In this document: positions 28,452-37,678 of the stretch, in pieces
Numbering within the stretch: the stretch's first letter is position 1
Layout: each line of letters opens with the position of its first letter
Source of the DNA: Clostridiales bacterium UBA5446
Lineage (GTDB): Bacteria > Bacillota > Clostridia > Oscillospirales > Oscillospiraceae
DNA: 64,000 bases
NCBI GenBank assembly: GCA_002427465.1
Contig: DIRC01000018.1
Location: forward strand, 3,671-67,670
Direction of reading: 5' to 3'
Made by a program: the position numbers and the translations under genes
Notes under the pieces: model-generated
What the model saw: the letters and a program-made list of their open reading frames with translations, nothing else
The model's database searches: none
What the model was told of the DNA's origin: nothing

Positions 28452-28928
28452 ATGAAAAAAACTGCCACAGCAGGCATTATGATCCTTTCCATAATTTTCG
28501 GCCTTTCCGCATGTGGAGCGGGCGGGGAAAAGACCGTGGAGGCGGATCTTTCCGATTTTTACAGCGGACTTGAGGCGGCATATGAACTGTCCGGCATGGT
28601 GGAAGCGGATGAGGACACGGTAAAACGATATTATCCGGGGCTTGAGGAGATCGGCCTGAAGCAGAGCATAATCAGAATACCGATGATATCGTCGGTGGTC
28701 AGCGAGTTTGTGTTCCTTCAGTGCGAGACGGAGGGGGACGCCGCCGCCGCGGCGGAAATCCTACAGGCCCGAGTGGATGAGCAGGCTTCGGGCGGCGCGT
28801 GGTACCCGGCGACTGTTAAGGCCTGGGGCCGGGCGGCAGTTCTTAAAAATGGCTCCTATGTTGCGATGATCGCATTCGGTGACAACACCGAGAGCGTTGC
28901 CGCCGAATGGGAAGCGCTCTTTGCGTAA
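28452..28928 (+). CDS. Lipoprotein, probably DUF4358 family
   Basis: MKKTATAGIMILSIIFGLSACG lipobox. The remainder resembles DUF4358 proteins of Clostridia, from recollection only. Confidence 0.6.
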   Translation: MKKTATAGIMILSIIFGLSACGAGGEKTVEADLSDFYSGLEAAYELSGMVEADEDTVKRYYPGLEEIGLKQSIIRIPMISSVVSEFVFLQCETEGDAAAAAEILQARVDEQASGGAWYPATVKAWGRAAVLKNGSYVAMIAFGDNTESVAAEWEALFA

Positions 28929-28936
28929 AATCCGAT

Positions 28937-28979
28937 AAAAAAAGCACGAAAGACGGAGCCTCCGCCTTTCGTGCTTTTT
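28937..28979. terminator. Bidirectional terminator between the lipoprotein gene and rsmI
   Basis: AAAAAAGCACGAAAG...CTTTCGTGCTTTTT. Confidence 0.8.
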
Positions 28980-29811
28980 ATTCCATATGCTCCAGAGCCA
29001 GCCGGTAGAGCCGGTTTTTTGATATCCCGGTATCCGCCGACGCGAGCTGGGCGGCTTCCCCCAGGGAAAGGCCCTCGCCGCGGTATTTCATGACCAGCGC
29101 CAGCCCTTCTTCCTGGGAGACCGTCTCGGCGGGGACTTCACCGGCCCCGGCGACAACGAGGACGAATTCGCCCCGCGGCCGGTTCTCGGTGAAATAAGCG
29201 ACGGCCCCGGAAAGGGTCGTTCGGAGGGTCTGCTCATGGCACTTGGTCATCTCCCGGGAAATAGAGACCGCCCGGTCGCCAAGCACGTCTAGAAGGTCGG
29301 TCAAAGTCTTCAGAAGCTTATGGGGCGCTTCATAGAAAATCATGGTGCGCTGCTCATTCCGCAGGCTTTCCAGATGGGCGACGCGGCTTTTCCGGGAGAT
29401 GGAGAGAAAGCCCTCAAAGGTGAAGCGCCCGGCGGGCAGCGCGGAGACGGCCAGGGCCGAAACCGCGGCGCAGGGGCCGGGCACCACGTTCACCTCCACG
29501 CCGTTTTTTACGCAGAGGGACACAATATCCGTGCCGGGATCGCTGATGGCCGGCATACCTGCATCCGTGATCAGGGCGCAGGTCTCTCCGTTCAGAATCC
29601 GTGACAGGATCTTCTCGCCGCTGGTATATTTGTTATGCTCATAGTAGCTGACCAGCGGCTTTTTTATCTCAAAATGATTCAGAAGCTTCAGAGAAACGCG
29701 GGTGTCCTCGGCGGCTATAAAGTCGGCGGCGGACAACACCTCCCTGGCGCGGGGGGATATATCACCCAGGTTGCCTATGGGCGTCCCCACGAGAAAAAGC
29801 ATTCCGGGCAT
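28978..29811 (-). CDS. rsmI: 16S rRNA (cytidine1402-2'-O)-methyltransferase RsmI
   Basis: MPGMLFLVGTPIGNLGDISPRA... tetrapyrrole-methylase fold motifs. SD AAAGGGGA before ATG 29811 (alternative start at 29802). Confidence 0.9.
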   Translation of the reverse strand: MPGMLFLVGTPIGNLGDISPRAREVLSAADFIAAEDTRVSLKLLNHFEIKKPLVSYYEHNKYTSGEKILSRILNGETCALITDAGMPAISDPGTDIVSLCVKNGVEVNVVPGPCAAVSALAVSALPAGRFTFEGFLSISRKSRVAHLESLRNEQRTMIFYEAPHKLLKTLTDLLDVLGDRAVSISREMTKCHEQTLRTTLSGAVAYFTENRPRGEFVLVVAGAGEVPAETVSQEEGLALVMKYRGEGLSLGEAAQLASADTGISKNRLYRLALEHME

Positions 29812-30541
29812 CTTGGCATCCCCTTTCATCCAAATGGTAAATTCTCTTGATTTCATCGGAATCCGTGCCGTCGCGCTGATATAATATCAAGGACGGCGCA
29901 ATTGCAAGTCCGGGCTTTCCGTTTCTACGCCCTTCGATCAAAACCAGGCTGGGCGCGGAATCGGGCCGGCGGCAGGCCAGGCGCAGCCGCTTGGGCGCAA
30001 ATCCGGCTTCGGACATTGCGCACATCACTTCGGCGAGCCTCTCGGGCCTGTGGACAAGTGCAAAAGCGCCGCCGTTCCGACAGAGGAATGCGGCGGCCCG
30101 GCAGACGTCCGCAAGGGTGCAGACGGTCTCGCTCCTGGCGGCGGCGAGGGCGGGGTCCGCGGGCATGTCCCCGCTGCCGGCGGGGAAATATGGCGGGTTG
30201 CACACCACCAGATCGAAGGCTCCTGCGCCAAAGAGCTTTCTGTGGTCGCGCAGATCCCCGGTGAGAATTTTCGAAGCGTCCCAGCCGTTGGCGGCCAGGT
30301 TCTTCCGGCAAAGGGCCGCCGCTTCCGGCTGGATTTCTATTCCGGCCAGAGAAATTCCCGGCGATCGGGCAAGAATCAGCACGGACAGCACTCCGGCGCC
30401 GCAGCCCAGATCGCAGGCGCGCCTGACGCCGGAAAGGCCGGCGAAATCGGCCAGCAGCACCGAGTCGGAGCTCATAGGAAACGCGCCGCCTTCCTGGGAA
30501 AAGCGGGGCCCTCCTGCCCAGAGCTCGGAAAATTCAATCAT
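29762..30541 (-). CDS. SAM-dependent methyltransferase with NPPY motif (tRNA m6A37 TrmN6/YfiC-YabB-like)
   Basis: SAM-binding DLGCGAGVLS and catalytic VVCNPPYF. It lies upstream of rsmI, as yabB does in Bacillus. Its 3' end overlaps rsmI by 50 nt. Confidence 0.75.
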   Translation of the reverse strand: MIEFSELWAGGPRFSQEGGAFPMSSDSVLLADFAGLSGVRRACDLGCGAGVLSVLILARSPGISLAGIEIQPEAAALCRKNLAANGWDASKILTGDLRDHRKLFGAGAFDLVVCNPPYFPAGSGDMPADPALAAARSETVCTLADVCRAAAFLCRNGGAFALVHRPERLAEVMCAMSEAGFAPKRLRLACRRPDSAPSLVLIEGRRNGKPGLAIAPSLILYQRDGTDSDEIKRIYHLDERGCQDARNAFSRGDAHRQPG

Positions 30542-30605
30542 TATAGTTTACCCCTTATTTAATAAAGAGGGGCGATAATCGTCCCTCTTTTAAGTACGCC
30601 GGGCT

Positions 30606-30776
30606 TCAGTTTTCGATAATGGCTTCGACGGGACAGTTTTCCTTGCAGGTTCCGCACTGGACGCACTTGTCCTGATCGATCACATACTTGTCGTCGCCCA
30701 TGTCTATGGCCTCAACGGGGCAGTTGGCAGCACAGGTGCCGCAGGATATGCAATCGTCTGTTATTAAAAACGCCAT
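30606..30776 (-). CDS. fdx: 2x[4Fe-4S] clostridial-type ferredoxin (56 aa); not in the ORF track
   Basis: Hand translation of the minus strand gives MAFLITDDCISCGTCAANCPVEAIDMGDDKYVIDQDKCVQCGTCKENCPVEAIIEN*. Two CxxCxxCxxxCP motifs. SD GGAGG before the ATG. Confidence 0.92.
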   Translation of the reverse strand: MAFLITDDCISCGTCAANCPVEAIDMGDDKYVIDQDKCVQCGTCKENCPVEAIIEN

Positions 30777-30957
30777 GATGTTACCTCCGGTTAAAATTTT
30801 GGCAGACCTTGTCGGTCGGCTTCTTTACTCATGTATTGTAACATATTCGCCTAAGAAATCAATTGTTTTTTTAAATTGGCTCAAGCGTGGAAATAATACC
30901 ATTATTCGCCTGGTTTATTACCGAAACAAGGTTAGGATAACTGCAGGAGGATAAGGA

Positions 30958-33456
30958 ATGAGAAGTAATATTAAATTTACGGAGAAAGCGTCCTCCGCGA
31001 TCGGAAGGGCCCATGAGGCTGCGGTCTCACTCGGACACAGCTATGTAGGTACCGAACATCTTCTGATCGGGATCGCGACCGAGAATGGCGGTATGGGAGC
31101 GCGGGTTCTTCAGAACAATGGGATAAGCTCCGGGGTTTTGACCGAGCTGGCCGTGAGGATGATTGGCAAGGGAAGCCCCGGAGAGCCGGTTCAGGGTCTG
31201 ACGGCAAACGCAAGGCAGGCCGTGGAGCGGGCGTCGGACGACGCCGTGAGGCTCGGGCGCGGCTTTGTGGGGACCGAGCACCTTCTGGTGGGGATACTGC
31301 GGGCCCAGGATTGCGGGGGAGTGCGCGTCCTGATCGCCTCCGGAGCCGACATCAACAAGATATACACGGATATTGTGTCCCTGTTTGGGGGGCAGGACAT
31401 GGAGCCCCGGCCACAGCAGCAGCAGCAAACCCCGTTTCGGATGCCGTCACGGCGTACGGAGACAAAAACCCTGGATCTTTACAGCCGGGATCTGACGGAA
31501 ATGGCCGCGGCAGGCAAGACGGACCCGGTTATCGGACGGGAGGGGGAAATTGCCCGGGTCATACAGATTCTCTCCCGACGTACAAAAAACAACCCGGTTC
31601 TGATCGGTGAGCCGGGGGTGGGCAAGACCGCCGTGGCCGAGGGGCTGGCCCAGCGCGTTGCCAAGGGGCAGGTTCCGGATACGCTTCGCGGTCACCGCAT
31701 CGTGACGCTGGATATCGCCTCCATGCTGGCAGGCACGAAATACAGGGGCGACTTTGAGGAAAGAATCAAAAGTGTCCTCAAAGAGGTTCAGCGCGCCGGA
31801 GACATTATTATCTTCATTGATGAGCTCCACACCATCGTGGGCGCCGGCTCCGCGGAGGGGGCCATTGACGCCTCCAATATTATTAAGCCCGCCCTGGGCA
31901 GGGGGGAAATCCAGCTCATAGGGGCCACGACGCTGGATGAATACCGCCGGCATATCGAAAAGGACGCCGCGCTTGAGCGCCGTTTCCAGCCGGTAAATGT
32001 GCGGGAGCCCAGCGAAGAAGACAGCATAGAAATGCTCATGGGGCTTCGAAAATCCCTGGAGAGCCACCACAAGCTTAGAATCACGGACGATGCAATCTAT
32101 GCGGCGGTAAAGCTGTCGGTCAGATATATCGGAGACAGGTTCCTGCCCGATAAGGCCATAGACCTGCTGGATGAGGCGGCCTCCCACGTCCGGATGACGA
32201 GTTATACCTTTCCGGAGGAGATAAAGCGTCTTAATGCCGAGTGCGAGACGCTGGCCGCCCGGAGGGAAGCTGCCATCGCAGACCAGGAATATGAGCAGGC
32301 CGCGCGGATGCGGGATGATGAAAGGGAAAAACGCGCCGCGCTGGAAAAGATGAACCTGTCCGCCTCCGGGAAAGACAGGCATGTCGACGAGACGGACGTA
32401 GCCCAGGTGGTTTCGGAATGGACGGGCATCCCTGCGGCCACCGTGACCGAGGACGAGAGTCGGAAGCTCCTGCGCCTTGAGGAAACGCTACACCGGCGTG
32501 TCATCGGCCAGGACGAGGCCGTGGATGCGGTGGCAAAGGCCATCAGAAGGGGACGTGTAGGGCTGGGTGACCCGAAAAGGCCAATAGGAAGTTTCCTGTT
32601 CCTTGGGCCGACAGGCGTCGGAAAAACCGAGCTGTGCCGGGCTCTGGCCGAAGCGGTATACGGCGACGAAAGCGCGATGATACGCTTTGACATGTCGGAG
32701 TATATGGAAAAGCACGCGGTGTCCAAGCTCATCGGCTCACCGCCGGGCTATATTGGATACGACGAGGGCGGGCAGCTCACCGAAAGGGTGCGGCGCAAGC
32801 CGTGGTCCGTGGTGCTGTTCGACGAGATTGAAAAATCCCATGAGGACGTCTGGGGCCTTTTGCTCCAGATCATGGAGGACGGCAGGCTTACCGACTCAAC
32901 GGGCCGGCTCTCGGATTTTAGAAACACCATTGTCGTGATGACCTCGAACGTGGGCGCAAAGGCGATCAGCGACGGGAAGCCCGCACTGGGATTCGGCGGC
33001 TCCGACTCGGACACGGAAGCCACGGCCTATTCCGCGGTAATGAAAGAGCTGAAGCAAACGTTCCGCCCGGAGTTTTTGAACCGCGTGGAAGACATGATCG
33101 TGTTCCGGCGGCTCACGCGGGAGGAAGTGAAAAAAATCGCCTCGGGCATGACCGAGGCGGTCGCGCAGCGTATGCGCGGCATGGGGCTGGAGATTACCGT
33201 AACGGAAGACGCGCTGACGCTGCTGACTGAGGAAGGCTTCGAGCCGGCCTATGGGGCGCGTCCCCTCAGGCGCGCCGTCCGGAGCAATATTGAGGATAAG
33301 GCCGCTGAAATGCTGCTTTCCGGCGCCATCTGTCCGGGCGACGCCATCGAGATCACCGCCAAAGAAGGCAAGATTGTATTCATCAACCGGACAACTGGGC
33401 GCCGGGATAATAGTGCGTCAATATCTCCTGATATGCAGAGCCGTCCTGAGCCATGA
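30958..33456 (+). CDS. clpC: ATP-dependent Clp protease ATP-binding subunit ClpC
   Basis: Two Clp_N repeats, Walker A motifs GEPGVGKT and GPTGVGKT, and a UVR-like linker. 832 aa. SD GGAGGA. Confidence 0.96.
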   Translation: MRSNIKFTEKASSAIGRAHEAAVSLGHSYVGTEHLLIGIATENGGMGARVLQNNGISSGVLTELAVRMIGKGSPGEPVQGLTANARQAVERASDDAVRLGRGFVGTEHLLVGILRAQDCGGVRVLIASGADINKIYTDIVSLFGGQDMEPRPQQQQQTPFRMPSRRTETKTLDLYSRDLTEMAAAGKTDPVIGREGEIARVIQILSRRTKNNPVLIGEPGVGKTAVAEGLAQRVAKGQVPDTLRGHRIVTLDIASMLAGTKYRGDFEERIKSVLKEVQRAGDIIIFIDELHTIVGAGSAEGAIDASNIIKPALGRGEIQLIGATTLDEYRRHIEKDAALERRFQPVNVREPSEEDSIEMLMGLRKSLESHHKLRITDDAIYAAVKLSVRYIGDRFLPDKAIDLLDEAASHVRMTSYTFPEEIKRLNAECETLAARREAAIADQEYEQAARMRDDEREKRAALEKMNLSASGKDRHVDETDVAQVVSEWTGIPAATVTEDESRKLLRLEETLHRRVIGQDEAVDAVAKAIRRGRVGLGDPKRPIGSFLFLGPTGVGKTELCRALAEAVYGDESAMIRFDMSEYMEKHAVSKLIGSPPGYIGYDEGGQLTERVRRKPWSVVLFDEIEKSHEDVWGLLLQIMEDGRLTDSTGRLSDFRNTIVVMTSNVGAKAISDGKPALGFGGSDSDTEATAYSAVMKELKQTFRPEFLNRVEDMIVFRRLTREEVKKIASGMTEAVAQRMRGMGLEITVTEDALTLLTEEGFEPAYGARPLRRAVRSNIEDKAAEMLLSGAICPGDAIEITAKEGKIVFINRTTGRRDNSASISPDMQSRPEP

Positions 33457-34348
33457 CGTTTGCGCCGTATTGGCTCATGCCAACCCCATGCCCGTAGCCT
33501 GTCGAGGTGAACTGGAACACGCCGTTAATATATTCCAGCGTAAAGGCCGTTGAGCGCAGGGAGAAAATTTCCCTGAGCCTGCTGCCGCTTACGTCTGTGC
33601 CGCCGATTGTGATTGATGCGACTCTGCCGCTGCTATCCAGAACGGATTCGCCGACCCATTTATCCGGCGTGCCGGAAAGGTCGGCGTTGATTTCTGCCGT
33701 CCTGAGGGTGGCGGCGAAATCCGAGACGGAGACTTCCACCTGTGTGACGTAATTCGGGACGTCGTCGGCCGTCTCGGGCGAGGAGACGCTGACCAGGTAA
33801 GGCAGAGCGCCCCACAGGGCGGAGGAATCTTCCGTAAAGCCGGCCGAGGAAGAATGGAAAACCGCCTGGATGGGTTCCCCGTTAAATACGAGGTACTCGC
33901 CGTCCGTGTCCTGTACGGCGGAGACGATCTTCGCCAGATATTCGTCGTAGTGGTCACCCCATTTTTCAAGAAGCTCGTCCTGCGCCTGATGGGCCTGGCA
34001 GCAGGCGTAATTATCGCAGATGTCGGCTTCCGGGTGGGCGGCAACCCCCGTGCGGCAGCGGCTCATGATATATGTGCGCGCGGCGACAGCCTGAGCCTTC
34101 AGGGCTTCGGTGTGGAATAAGGCTGGGACTTCAGCGGCCACGACGCCGGGAAGCCATTCGGAGAGTGTCACGGTTCTGACCTGGCCGTCGTCAAGAACGG
34201 TAAAGATAAAATCATCATCCGACAGGGCCGCAGTCGGCTCGGGGGAGCCTTCCGCTTGCCGCGGTTCGGCCCTCGTCCCCGTCAGGATAAGAGGCAGGGT
34301 CAGGGCGATCACAAGGGCGATAACAGCTAAAATGACATTCAGCTTCAC
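33383..34348 (-). CDS. spoIID: Stage II sporulation protein D (SpoIID lytic transglycosylase)
   Basis: N-terminal TM segment. …LPGVVAAEVP…EALKAQAVAARTY…, …FHSSSAGFTEDS…GHGVGMSQYGA… GTG start with GGAGG SD. Confidence 0.9.
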   Translation of the reverse strand: MKLNVILAVIALVIALTLPLILTGTRAEPRQAEGSPEPTAALSDDDFIFTVLDDGQVRTVTLSEWLPGVVAAEVPALFHTEALKAQAVAARTYIMSRCRTGVAAHPEADICDNYACCQAHQAQDELLEKWGDHYDEYLAKIVSAVQDTDGEYLVFNGEPIQAVFHSSSAGFTEDSSALWGALPYLVSVSSPETADDVPNYVTQVEVSVSDFAATLRTAEINADLSGTPDKWVGESVLDSSGRVASITIGGTDVSGSRLREIFSLRSTAFTLEYINGVFQFTSTGYGHGVGMSQYGANVMAQDGSAYQEILTHYYPGAQLSG

Positions 34349-34453
34349 AGGGAGTCCTCCAATAATTGTTGACTAAAGATGCCGTCAGGTATAAAATGCT
34401 GGCATCTGTATATAGAATTACCCACTAGATTGTATTTGGATGGTCATTTTAAT

Positions 34454-35251
34454 ATGCGTAAAAAATCTCTTGTTCTCTGTTGTGTTTCCTGTGTATTCGG
34501 CGCCTTCGGCGCATTTTTCCGCTGGCTTCAGGATATGACTGCCTTCGAGACGGACTCCGGCCTGTATATCTCCGGGAACCTCTGGGGCCGGGCCGTCGTT
34601 GCCGCATGCATCGGCGTTGCCGCGGTTTTATTCTTTATGGTTCTGGCAATGAAAAGGAAAGAAAAGCTTGCTGCGCCGGCGGATTATGCCGCCGCACTCG
34701 GAGGGAAGACGCTTCTGTACCGCCCTGCCTATATCCTTCTTGCGGCAGTAATGGCGATTGGTTCGCTGATGCTCCTGTTCTCGGCGTCCAGGGATACATA
34801 TCCGGGCTTTCAGGTGATCTTGGCGCTTATGGGCGTTCTGTCAGCGGCGGGCTTTGCGCTGATGGCGTCCGCCACCTACGGGCGAAGGGAGCCGCCGCTG
34901 AACTGCCTGGGCGCGACGCTTATCATTGCGATGTATTGCTTCTGGCTGATCATGAGCTACAGGGAAAATGCCGTGAATCCCGCCGTTTGGGGCTATGCCA
35001 TGGAGGTGCTGGCGCTTTCCTGCGCCCTGGTGGCCTTTTATTACATTGCCTCGATTCCTTTCGGCAGGCCGAAGCCCTTCCATGCTATTTTTTTTAGTCA
35101 TCTGGCGGCGTTTCTTTGTATCGTGACCCTGCCCGACGACCGGTGGGCAGGTCAGCAGATCATGCTTATCGCGACCGCGGGTATGCTGCTGTTTTTTTCG
35201 TGGATGCTGATCTCAAATATGGTTCCGGAAACTGAGGAACCGCCGGCCTGA
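34454..35251 (+). CDS. Hypothetical polytopic membrane protein
   Basis: About 6-7 hydrophobic segments. Start chosen at MRKKSLVLCC... No family recognised. Confidence 0.6.
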   Translation: MRKKSLVLCCVSCVFGAFGAFFRWLQDMTAFETDSGLYISGNLWGRAVVAACIGVAAVLFFMVLAMKRKEKLAAPADYAAALGGKTLLYRPAYILLAAVMAIGSLMLLFSASRDTYPGFQVILALMGVLSAAGFALMASATYGRREPPLNCLGATLIIAMYCFWLIMSYRENAVNPAVWGYAMEVLALSCALVAFYYIASIPFGRPKPFHAIFFSHLAAFLCIVTLPDDRWAGQQIMLIATAGMLLFFSWMLISNMVPETEEPPA

Positions 35252-35265
35252 GCGCCGGATAAAAT

Positions 35266-35302
35266 AAAAAGCCCCCGAAGGCCGCGCCTTCGGGGGCTTT
35301 TT
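35266..35302. terminator. Bidirectional terminator
   Basis: AAAAAGCCCCCGAAGG-ccgcg-CCTTCGGGGGCTTTTT between convergent genes. Confidence 0.9.
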
Positions 35303-35307
35303 CAGCT

Positions 35308-36954
35308 TTATTCGATCGATATCATGTAATAGTAAACGGGCTGGCCGCCGTTCACAACGGAAAGCTCCGCGTCGGGGAAGCAGTCTTTGAACATTTTCGC
35401 CGTCCGCTCCGCCTCGGTTTCCTCCACGTCTTCGCCATAATACACGGTGATGATAGAGGGGGAAAGATCATCTACCACCCAGGAAAGCTCATCAAAAAGC
35501 TTGGCTGTGCTGGCAAAGCTCCCCACCAGCGCGCCGTCCAGCAGGGCAAGATATTCCCCGGCGTATATCTTATGCCCGTCAAAATCCGAATCCCGCGCGG
35601 CATAAGTGACGAGGGCCGTGTGGGTAGCGTCGCAGGCTTCGGTTATCGCCTGAACAAGCTCCTGCCTGGAGGCGGAATCATCCAGAACGAGCATTGCGGA
35701 AACGCCCTGGGGAACGGTTTTTGTGGGGATTACCACCACCTCCTTCTCCGTCAGGGGAATGCACTGTTCGGCCGCCATAATTATGTTTTTGTTGTTTGGC
35801 AAGACAAGGACCGTCTCTGCGGGGGTACGGTTGATTTCCTTCAGTATGTCCTCGGTGGAGGGGTTCATGGTCTGCCCGCCGGCGACGACCCGATCGGCGC
35901 CCAGCTCACGGAAAAGCGCCACCATTCCAGCTCCGGCGCATATGGCTACGACGCCGTATTTTTTTTCCGGCTTCGCGATCACGCCGTCATCTTCGATACT
36001 TGCGGTATCGGATGAAAGATGGCTGTGCTGTTCCCGCATGTTTTCGATTTTGACCGTCAGAAGAGAACCGTAGGTCAGCGCCTGGGTGAGGGCCACACCG
36101 GGGTCGTTGGTATGGACATGCACCTTAATCACCTCGTCGTCATCCACCAGAACCAGGGAGTCGCCAAGAGTGCCCAGAAAGGCGCGCAGCCCCTCCGGGG
36201 ATTTGGCATTTTCGCGGCTGACGATGAATTCGGTGCAGTAGGCAAAGGTGATCTCGCCGGTGTCAAAATCGGAAAAATCGGCCTTTTCCCGCGGCTCGTC
36301 GGCGGCGGGGGCCGCAGGTTCTTCGGAATACACGGGCGCCTCGCCCCGTAATGAGGCGAGCATGGCTTCCAGCATCACAAGATAACCCTTGCCGCCGGCG
36401 TCTATCACGCCGGCGCGGGTCAGAACCGGATTTAAGTTGATGGTGTCCGCCAGGGCTTCCCGGGCGGATTCCACGGTACACGAGAGCATCAGCTCAAGGT
36501 CGGAGCCGCTTTCCGCAAATTCGAGGGCGGCGGAGGTGGCGACTCTGGACACCGTAAGTATGGTGCCTTCCGTGGGTTTCATCACAGCCTTGTAGGCCGC
36601 ATCCACCCCATCCGACATTGCGGCGGCAAAAAGCTTTGCGTCGGCGGTAGCCTTTCCCTTCAGCCTTTTGGCAATGCCGCGGAAAAGGAGCGACAGAATC
36701 ACGCCGGAATTGCCGCGGGCGCCACGGAGGAGGCCCGAGGCCGTGCAATCGGCGGCCTCGCCAATGGTGGCGGGGGTGATTTTTTTCAGTTCTGCGGTGG
36801 CGACGCTCATCGTCAGACTCATGTTTGTGCCGGTGTCCCCGTCGGGGACGGGAAATACGTTGAGTTCGTTGATGAGCTGCTTATTGTGTTCCAGGGCGGC
36901 GTTTGCACAAAGGATCATGTCCTTGAACGCCGCGGCATCAAGATATTCTCTCAA
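35308..36954 (-). CDS. yloV: DAK2-domain fusion protein YloV
   Basis: …FPVPDGDTGTNM… Dak2 motif at the N-terminus. 548 aa. Conserved pairing with the asp23-family gene upstream. Confidence 0.88.
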   Translation of the reverse strand: MREYLDAAAFKDMILCANAALEHNKQLINELNVFPVPDGDTGTNMSLTMSVATAELKKITPATIGEAADCTASGLLRGARGNSGVILSLLFRGIAKRLKGKATADAKLFAAAMSDGVDAAYKAVMKPTEGTILTVSRVATSAALEFAESGSDLELMLSCTVESAREALADTINLNPVLTRAGVIDAGGKGYLVMLEAMLASLRGEAPVYSEEPAAPAADEPREKADFSDFDTGEITFAYCTEFIVSRENAKSPEGLRAFLGTLGDSLVLVDDDEVIKVHVHTNDPGVALTQALTYGSLLTVKIENMREQHSHLSSDTASIEDDGVIAKPEKKYGVVAICAGAGMVALFRELGADRVVAGGQTMNPSTEDILKEINRTPAETVLVLPNNKNIIMAAEQCIPLTEKEVVVIPTKTVPQGVSAMLVLDDSASRQELVQAITEACDATHTALVTYAARDSDFDGHKIYAGEYLALLDGALVGSFASTAKLFDELSWVVDDLSPSIITVYYGEDVEETEAERTAKMFKDCFPDAELSVVNGGQPVYYYMISIE

Positions 36955-37000
36955 GAGGGGGTTACCTCCGGGTTAGTCTATTAATTATAATTATCCTGCT

Positions 37001-37351
37001 CTAGTCGATCAGAATGGTGTCGACATACACGTCGACCCATTTTACCGGAACGCCGGTTGCCTGCGAAACCTTGTAGCTGACCTCGCCGATGATACTGCGG
37101 CATAGCGCATAAATATTAACGCCGTGATCCACGGCGATATGGAGCCTGAGCGAAACACTTCCGTCATCCTCCATGGATACCGTGACGCCCTTTGACATCG
37201 ATTCGCGCCGAAGTGCGAAAAAGCCTCCGTCTTTGGCGCGGCCGGCCATGCCCTTGACGCCGAAGCAGCTTGTCGCAGCATCGCCGGCAAGGTTTAAAAA
37301 CACATCATCGGTAATACTAATGACGCCGTTGGGGTTTTCTATTCTTACCAT
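37001..37351 (-). CDS. Asp23/Gls24-family envelope stress (alkaline shock) protein
   Basis: …ISITDDVFLNLAGDAATSCFGVKGM… 116 aa. SD AAAGGAGA. Confidence 0.88.
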   Translation of the reverse strand: MVRIENPNGVISITDDVFLNLAGDAATSCFGVKGMAGRAKDGGFFALRRESMSKGVTVSMEDDGSVSLRLHIAVDHGVNIYALCRSIIGEVSYKVSQATGVPVKWVDVYVDTILID

Positions 37352-37678
37352 GGGATATCTCCTTTCACCGGAGTTATTGATTCATATGCGGGATAATATT
37401 ATGCAGTGTAATATTATAATACACAAATTTTAAAAGTACAAGCCTAAAATATTATGCGCGAATCAACCTGATTCAAAGCAAAACAGGTATCAGATCGAAT
37501 AAAATTGTATCTATTTCAACAGAAAAAAAGCAAAATTAAAGCCTAAATAGCTAAAGAGCCAACAGGGGAATATAAAAGCGGTTTACAAGATTAGTAAAAG
37601 GTGATAAAATTATTCCGGATAAACAAACATGCGTTTTTAATAGGATCAAAATAACATATGTGATATGGAGTTGAAATT

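Noticed and set aside
30688-30954. 88-aa plus-strand ORF upstream of clpC
   Set aside because: Its 5' half is the antisense of the 56-aa ferredoxin gene, and the rest is AT-rich promoter DNA. No SD is present.
30777-30957. Expected CtsR operator (tandem A/GGTCAAA heptads) upstream of clpC
   Set aside because: No GGTCAAA or TTTGACC repeat is present on either strand, so no CtsR site is called.
37372-37396. Reading GGGATA of the TGCGGGATAA motif as a sigma-B-type -10 (GGGTAT) with GTTATT as -35, next to the asp23-family gene
   Set aside because: The orientation is wrong for asp23, which is on the minus strand. Spacing (11 nt) and sequence fit the consensus poorly. The other two motif copies lack any GTTTAA-like -35. 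Sigma-B is generally absent from Clostridia.
37391-37402. Fur/PerR-like hexamer pair GATAAT-ATTATG overlapping the first TGCGGGATAA copy
   Set aside because: It is only a 6-0-6 partial palindrome in very AT-rich DNA. The other two motif copies do not share it. Evidence is insufficient to call a Fur-family box.
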